A stretch of DNA of 64,000 nucleotides from positions 62,001-126,000 of the forward strand of contig JAPMXV010000018.1 in the NCBI GenBank assembly GCA_026936335.1, written 5' to 3'. How positions within the stretch are numbered: the stretch's first letter is position 1; each line of letters begins with the position of its first letter. Below are positions 58,571-64,000 of this stretch, in pieces. The position numbers and the translations under genes were made by a program. The notes beneath the pieces were generated by a model, which was not told the origin of the DNA, did no database searches, and saw only the letters and a program-made list of their open reading frames with translations. This DNA comes from Mantamonas sphyraenae STR306 (Eukaryota > Protista > CRuMs).

Positions 58571-59720
58571 ATGGGCTCCTGCTTCAGTCGAAACCGAGGA
58601 CGCACGCAGGAGACGCATCAGATGCGTGTGAAGCCAGCTAGGCGAGCGTGGGATGCCAAAGAGAAGGAGGGACGTGGAGGGGACACAACCGTGGGAACAC
58701 GGTTGCATGACGGCGCAGATGCCGGACACAACACTGTGGCCATTGTGTCTGCGTCGTCCAGTGGACAGACAGTGACTCAGGAGGAGCGTGGTGGAGCAGC
58801 AGGTGTGGATGCGGTGCTGGAGCATCGCGCGCTGAAGCTTGGCAAGCCGCTGGAGCGCAAGGGCAGCTCGCTCATGCTGCGTGTGGCCGAGAGCAAAAAG
58901 AAGGCGGTGGTCAAACGCGTGAGGGAGACCAGCGTGGCTCAAGTGTACGTGTGGCGTGAGCATGGGTGGGGAGAAAAGAGGGGGGAATCCACACAAACGG
59001 GCAAACGGGGCAAAACGGCTGCTGACACGAACAATTGACACACACACGCACACCGCACACAGTGTGGTGGCGGGCTTGAATGGAGCGGGAAAGACATCAG
59101 TGGTGCTGGCATTGCGCGATGGGCAGGAACACCTTCCATCGGCGGCTGGGGAGGACGTGGAGACCCACGAGGTGAACGTGGCTGGGATGCGCTGCGAGCT
59201 GTTGGATCTGCCTGGACGGCGGCAGTTTCGCAGCCTGTGGGCAAGTTATTTGGAACATGCGAATGGGGTTGTGTTTGTGGTGGACACCAGTGACAGCTTG
59301 CGTCTGTACACGGCACGTCAGGAGCTCCTGAACGTGCTGGAGAGTGCACCGCAACAGATCCCGGTGCTGTTGTTGTGCCACAAACAGGACAAGCAACACG
59401 CGGTGTCGGTGCAGGACGTGGCAGACGCATTGGATGTGTCACGCATGCGCAAATTGCATGGACATCGCATTCACGTTGTGCCTTCGTCGGCAGTGAGGTC
59501 GTCCTCAGGAGGAGGCAGCAGCTACGAAGGCAGCAGCAGAAGCAGCGAGAGCGGGCAGGATCCGGTGGAAGAACTGGCTGGCAGCATGAGCTGGCTCCGA
59601 GATGCCATGTTTTCAAAGAGTGGCAGCAGCAACACAGGCACAGGCAGCAATGCGGCTGCATCGTCGACAGGTGGGCATCATCAGGTACGGCGAAAAGGCA
59701 ATGGGGCACGCGTTTGGTGA
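58571..59720 (+). CDS. atypical ARF-like (ARL) small GTPase with long N-terminal extension
   Basis: Intron 58945-59062. MGSCFS N-terminus, GLNGAGKTS, DLPGRRQFRSLW, VVFVVDTSD, HKQD. Confidence 0.8.
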
Positions 59721-59735
59721 ACCAACTAGACCGGA

Positions 59736-59997
59736 ATGGGCCGCTCATCCAAGGACAAGCGGGTATGGAGGCATGAGAGAACACACACACACACACACGC
59801 ACACACACACACTACAATCCTAATGTATAGTTATTCTGACACGCAGTTGGGACCACACGGCACCTCAGGACATCTTTTACCGCAAGGCCAAGCAGGACGG
59901 GTGGCGTGCTCGCTCTGCGTACAAACTGCTCATGCTGGACGAGCAGTTTGATCTGTTTCGTGACACACAGCGTGTGGTGGACCTGTGTGCGGCACCG

Positions 59998-60028
<31 letters not shown>

Positions 60029-61024
60029 ACTGTGGCGGACGAGAGCTGCTGACTCGACTGGAATGCTGCTTCTGCTTCTGCTTCTGCTTCGCTGCTGCTG
60101 CTGCTGCTGCTGCTTCTGCCTTGGGTTTCACTGGTTGTGCGTGAGGGCAGGGGTCGTGGTCGCAGGTGGTGGCAAAGAAACTGTTTGGGGAGGAGTCGCC
60201 GTACAGCGAGGAGGAGAAGGAGGAGTGCCGCATTGTGGCTGTGGATCTGCAACAGATGGCTGACCTGGAGCACGTCACGCAGCTTCAGGGAGACATCACC
60301 GAACGAAGCACAGCCGATTCGATTATTGATTGCATGGACGGCAAGCTGGCCGACCTGGTGCTGTCTGACGGCGCACCCGACGTCACGGGCCTCCACGACG
60401 TCGACGAGTACATCCAGTCGCAGCTGATTCTGGCGGTAAGCACAGATGGAGGGAGGGAGGGAGGGACCTGTGCATTGTATTGACACCGGTGTCGATGGGG
60501 AGCAGGCGTTGAACATTGCCACGCACTTGCTTCGCGAGGGAGGCAGCTTTGTGGCAAAGATCTTCCGGGGCAAGGATTCGACGCTGTTGTACACTCAACT
60601 GCAGCTGTTCTTTGACCAAGTGACGGTGAGCAAACCCAAGAGCAGTCGCAACAGTTCGGTGGAGGCATTTGTGGTCTGCCAGGGCTATCGGACGCCCGAA
60701 GGGTATGAGCCCTCCTTCGACTCGCCCCTGTTGGATCACCATTACAGCAGCGACAACCAATTGCTGGGCAACCAGCGTGTCATCGTACCCTTCCTCGCCT
60801 GTGGCGATCTGTCGGGCTATGACGCCGATCAGAACTACGATCTGGACGAGAGTGGCGTCGTGTCTGCGCCCCTGCAGATGCCCATCAACCCACCCTACAA
60901 GCTTGCGGTGGCCATCCGCAAGGGACAGAATGACGATGTCCACAGCAGCAGCAGCAGTGGTGGTGGTGATGGTGGTGATGACAACGATGGTGATGGAGGC
61001 GATGGCATCGACGTGGAAGAATGA
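59736..61024 (+). CDS. FTSJ1: tRNA (C32/G34) 2'-O-methyltransferase TRM7/FTSJ1
   Basis: Exons 59736-59762, 59869-59997, 60151-60435, 60506-61024. [49 protein letters not shown]. Confidence 0.95.
60005..60028. repeat. (TG)n microsatellite in TRM7 intron 2, followed downstream by (CTTCTG)n/(CTG)n
   Basis: Read directly from the sequence. Confidence 0.9.
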
Positions 61025-61075
61025 AAGTGTGTGGGGCCTGCCCCTGCGCAGCAAACGCAAAAGCCAAAAAACGCA

Positions 61076-62511
61076 ATGGTATGTGTGTGAGGAGGGAAGG
61101 ACACAGACAGTATCATGCGCATGCGAGATGGAGGGTTGATGTCTTGTTACGTTGGATGCCATGTGTCCCAAGGGACGTGGGCATTGTGGGAGCAGGCGTG
61201 CAAAAGGTGGAAAGAGGGATGCAGGGTGTGAGCTGACGCGCGGACACGCCATGGACACACACACACACACACAGTCTGGACGCGAAGAGAGCGTGTACAA
61301 TCTGATTCCGAGGGAGTATGAGGCGCAGGACAAGGGCACGGCGTTCCAGAGCAGCATGGGCAAGCAGCAGGGCGCAGGACGCAGCAAGGGCCGACGCACA
61401 AGCAAGCTGAGCGAGTCGGTGAAGAAGGAACAGGCAAACATCAAGAAGAAGTCGTACAGCAGCATGGGCGCATCGTCGTCCAAGCGTGCAGACCCCAAGA
61501 AGTTCCTCAAGAGGGGCGAAAAGACAAAGCAGCGAGGTAGGTGACGGGAGAGAGCAACCGAAAATCGGGCTGGGCCCCAACGGTCGATTTCCCCGCGCCG
61601 GTATTCCCGCGTTTGGACCCGCGCCGCCGTTTTCGGATGGGCTGCGGGGACACAAGGCATGCATGTGGCACAGGACGCATGCACATGGAATGCATTGCCT
61701 GGTGGTGGGACGGGACATGGAGTGTGGGATGAGGACGGGGGAGCGAAGCACTGACGGTTATTTTTTTTTGGGACTCGGCACTCAGGCTCGTCGTCTTCCA
61801 GCAACAGCAACGGCAACACGCGTCGCCGTCGCGAGAAGCTCAAGCCGGCTGTGCCCAAGCGCAACGAGGCGCCGGTGATGGGTCTGAGTTCGCAGGTGGA
61901 CTTTGTGACGGAGAACGCAGTCAACACGATCCTGTCCAGTGAGTTGATGATGGAGGAGGGAGGAGGGAGGGTTGGAGGAAGGGAAGGAGGGAAGGATCCA
62001 AACTGACACCTTTTGACCCCGTTCCCCACCCACCTCGCGAACCTGTGTGTGTGAAATCCAATCACCCGCATGCCGTGTGTGTGTGTGTGCTTGTGTGCAA
62101 TCACCCGACCACCACCCCACCACAGCGGCAGCCAAGAAGAACGACGAAGACACAGACTACCGGCAAAAGTCGGACTATGGCAAGGTGCCAAAGTACCTGG
62201 AGCGCGTGAAGCAGGAGGTGCAACAGGAGTACGACTATATTGCTGGATTGCAGCAACAGGTGCAGCAGGAGTACGAGCTGCAACGGGGCACAGCCACACG
62301 GCTGCTGACGGAGGAGGAGAAGGAGGAGCTGCTGGCGGGTCTCAAGGCAAAGTGGGAGCAGGTGAACAAGCGCTACCAGACGCTGTCGTTCACGGTGGAC
62401 ACGCCCGCCAAGATGGCACGCAAGGAAAAGTGTGAACTGCAGCTGGACCAGCTGGAAAAGGACATGGATAAGCTCAAGCGCAAGCATGTGTTTGTGCCGG
62501 CAGATGTATGA
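61076..62511 (+). CDS. ENKUR: enkurin (flagellar microtubule inner protein)
   Basis: Exons 61076-61078 (ATG only), 61275-61536, 61786-61938, 62126-62511. EESVYNLIP, KPAVPK...PVMGL...DFVTENA, DYGKVPKYL, LKAKWEQVN..YQ. Confidence 0.88.
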
Positions 62512-62627
62512 TTTCACAGACACACCCATTACACACACAACACACACACACACACACACACACATCACACTCGAATGAAAGCGCGGCAGGCAGCCAAAAA
62601 GAAAAACAACAATCGGCCCCGTAGTGA

Positions 62628-64000
62628 ATGGCAAAGAGGTTGGAAACAGTCAACGTGCCCCGAATGGGTCTGGGCAATCGATTGTACAGCAACATTAAGA
62701 ATTCCAAGTACTTCCGCAAGGAATTGTACTCGTACGTGGACTTTAACCAGGTGGTGGACGAGATCTACAACACCGTGGAGTACATGGAGCCGTGGATCCC
62801 CGGCACAGAGTACCCTTCGGGAGCGTTTACCCTTGTGGTGAAACTGGGCACGATGAATCTGACAGGTGCGTGTTGAGGAGAGAGTGAGGAGAGGGGAAAA
62901 CGTGACGCTGTGACGCCTGACACCCCCCAACCCCCAAACCCGCCGTGCAGTCAAACAGACCCACTTGCTCATCAATCACCAGGACAGTCCGTACATTCGA
63001 GGTGTAGGCTTTGTCCTGCTGCGTCTTGTGCATCCGTAAGTGAAGCAGGGGCCTTGGAGTGACGCCTTTTTGTGCGGGGAGGTTGAGGCAAGGGCGCGCT
63101 TTCCGTCGCTGACACCCGACCACCCGTGTGCGCCACAGACCCAAGCAGCTGTGGGAGTGGTTCTCACCATTCTTTGAAGACAAGGAAGAGATCTACATTG
63201 GGGCCAAGGACAAGTCAGGCGTACCCATGGCTCACTTTGTGTATGGCCTTTTGTTTGAGCCAAAGTTCTGTGGTGAGGTGTTGCCGCGCATCCCAGTGCC
63301 TATCATGCGTCAGATGAAGAAGGACATGGATGCATACATGGAAGAGAATCCAGACTCTGTGCTTGCTGACAAACACCGCAGCAGCAGTGGTGGAGATGGC
63401 AGCAGGGACCGCGCACGAAGCGGAGGCAAGTATGGATCTCGCTCCTCGTCCTCCTCGTCCTCCTCGTCCTCCTCTTCACACACCTCGGACCGCCTGGATT
63501 ACGGTGGTCAACGTGGCAGACGTAGGGACGATGATGACTACCGCCGTGGTGGTGGCTACCACCACGACGAGCGAAGGGGGTATGAGCGTGGGTACTACGA
63601 CGACGATCACCACGATCACCATCGAAGCCGCCGCGATGGAGGCGCAGTTCGGTATGGCCGCGAGAGGGATTATTACGACGAGCGAGGCCAATACGAGCGA
63701 GGAGGGTACAACCGCCACGACGACGGATACAGGGGTCGCATGGATGGAGGATACCGTGAGGAGCGTGGTTACCCGCTGACATACGGTAAGCGTGGACGGT
63801 CGCCTTCGCCGCCGTCGCGCCAACAATCGGTTGGCAATGGGTCACAGTCACAGACGGCAACAGTGTTGTCCGAGTCGTCGACCGGCGCAAGTGATGCCCA
63901 GGGGAGTGGCAAGGCACCGGCCGAGGTGGCAAAGGAGAGGACACAGGAGGCAGCAGCACCAGTGGCTGAAACTGAGGCCCCACCTGCAAAGAAAGCCCGA
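62628..64000 (+). CDS. PRPF38B: pre-mRNA splicing factor PRP38B-like, 3'-truncated
   Basis: Introns 62866-62950 and 63036-63138. VVDEIYNTVEYMEPW, HQDSPYIRGVGF, LPRIPV, then an R/D/Y/G-rich tail open to the window end. Confidence 0.88.

Noticed and set aside
61944-62008. TGATGA...CTGA as a box C/D snoRNA in enkurin intron 3
   Set aside because: No terminal stem, the interior is a low-complexity GGA run, and the CTGA matches the ordinary branch-point motif.
1-64000. CRISPR arrays, transposons, tRNA/rRNA genes, alternative genetic code
   Set aside because: I saw no spaced repeats, transposase or RT motifs, or RNA-gene signatures. Conserved proteins translate in the standard code and end at TGA, TAG or TAA.

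Overview
This is eukaryotic nuclear DNA, GC-rich and extremely gene-dense: about 26 protein-coding genes in 64 kb, with 13-280 bp between neighbouring CDSs. Introns are few, GT-AG, about 60-310 nt, with GTGAGT/GTACGT/GTGCGT/GTATGT-type donors and CTGAC/CTCAC-type branch points. Enkurin suggests a flagellated protist, and perilipin, an Spt23/Mga2-type factor and AREL1-like and HUWE1 HECT ligases suggest affinity with Amorphea or its relatives (inference only). Recognisable genes include ALC1/CHD1L, a YFH7-like kinase, a histidine phosphatase, SRD5A, an AREL1-like ligase, PMCA, HUWE1, NIPBL/Scc2, perilipin, kinesin-14, an Spt23/Mga2-like factor, SERF, a ROK fructokinase, RPT6, NAD-IDH, DDX27, an atypical ARL, TRM7, enkurin and PRP38B. 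I found no RNA genes, transposons or CRISPR arrays. The main leads are: (1) paired E2F-like sites in early introns of cell-cycle genes where upstream space is almost absent; (2) an Mga2-like membrane-bound transcription factor with an NF-kB-like Gly-rich linker and a predicted 3-TM tail; (3) a PHD finger inside Scc2; (4) a perilipin tail with LIR-like and FFAT-like motifs; (5) AATGAA as a candidate poly(A) signal and (CA)n tracts in place of polypyrimidine tracts; (6) six single-base frame breaks, most likely assembly errors. All exon models were derived by hand and no database searches were run.
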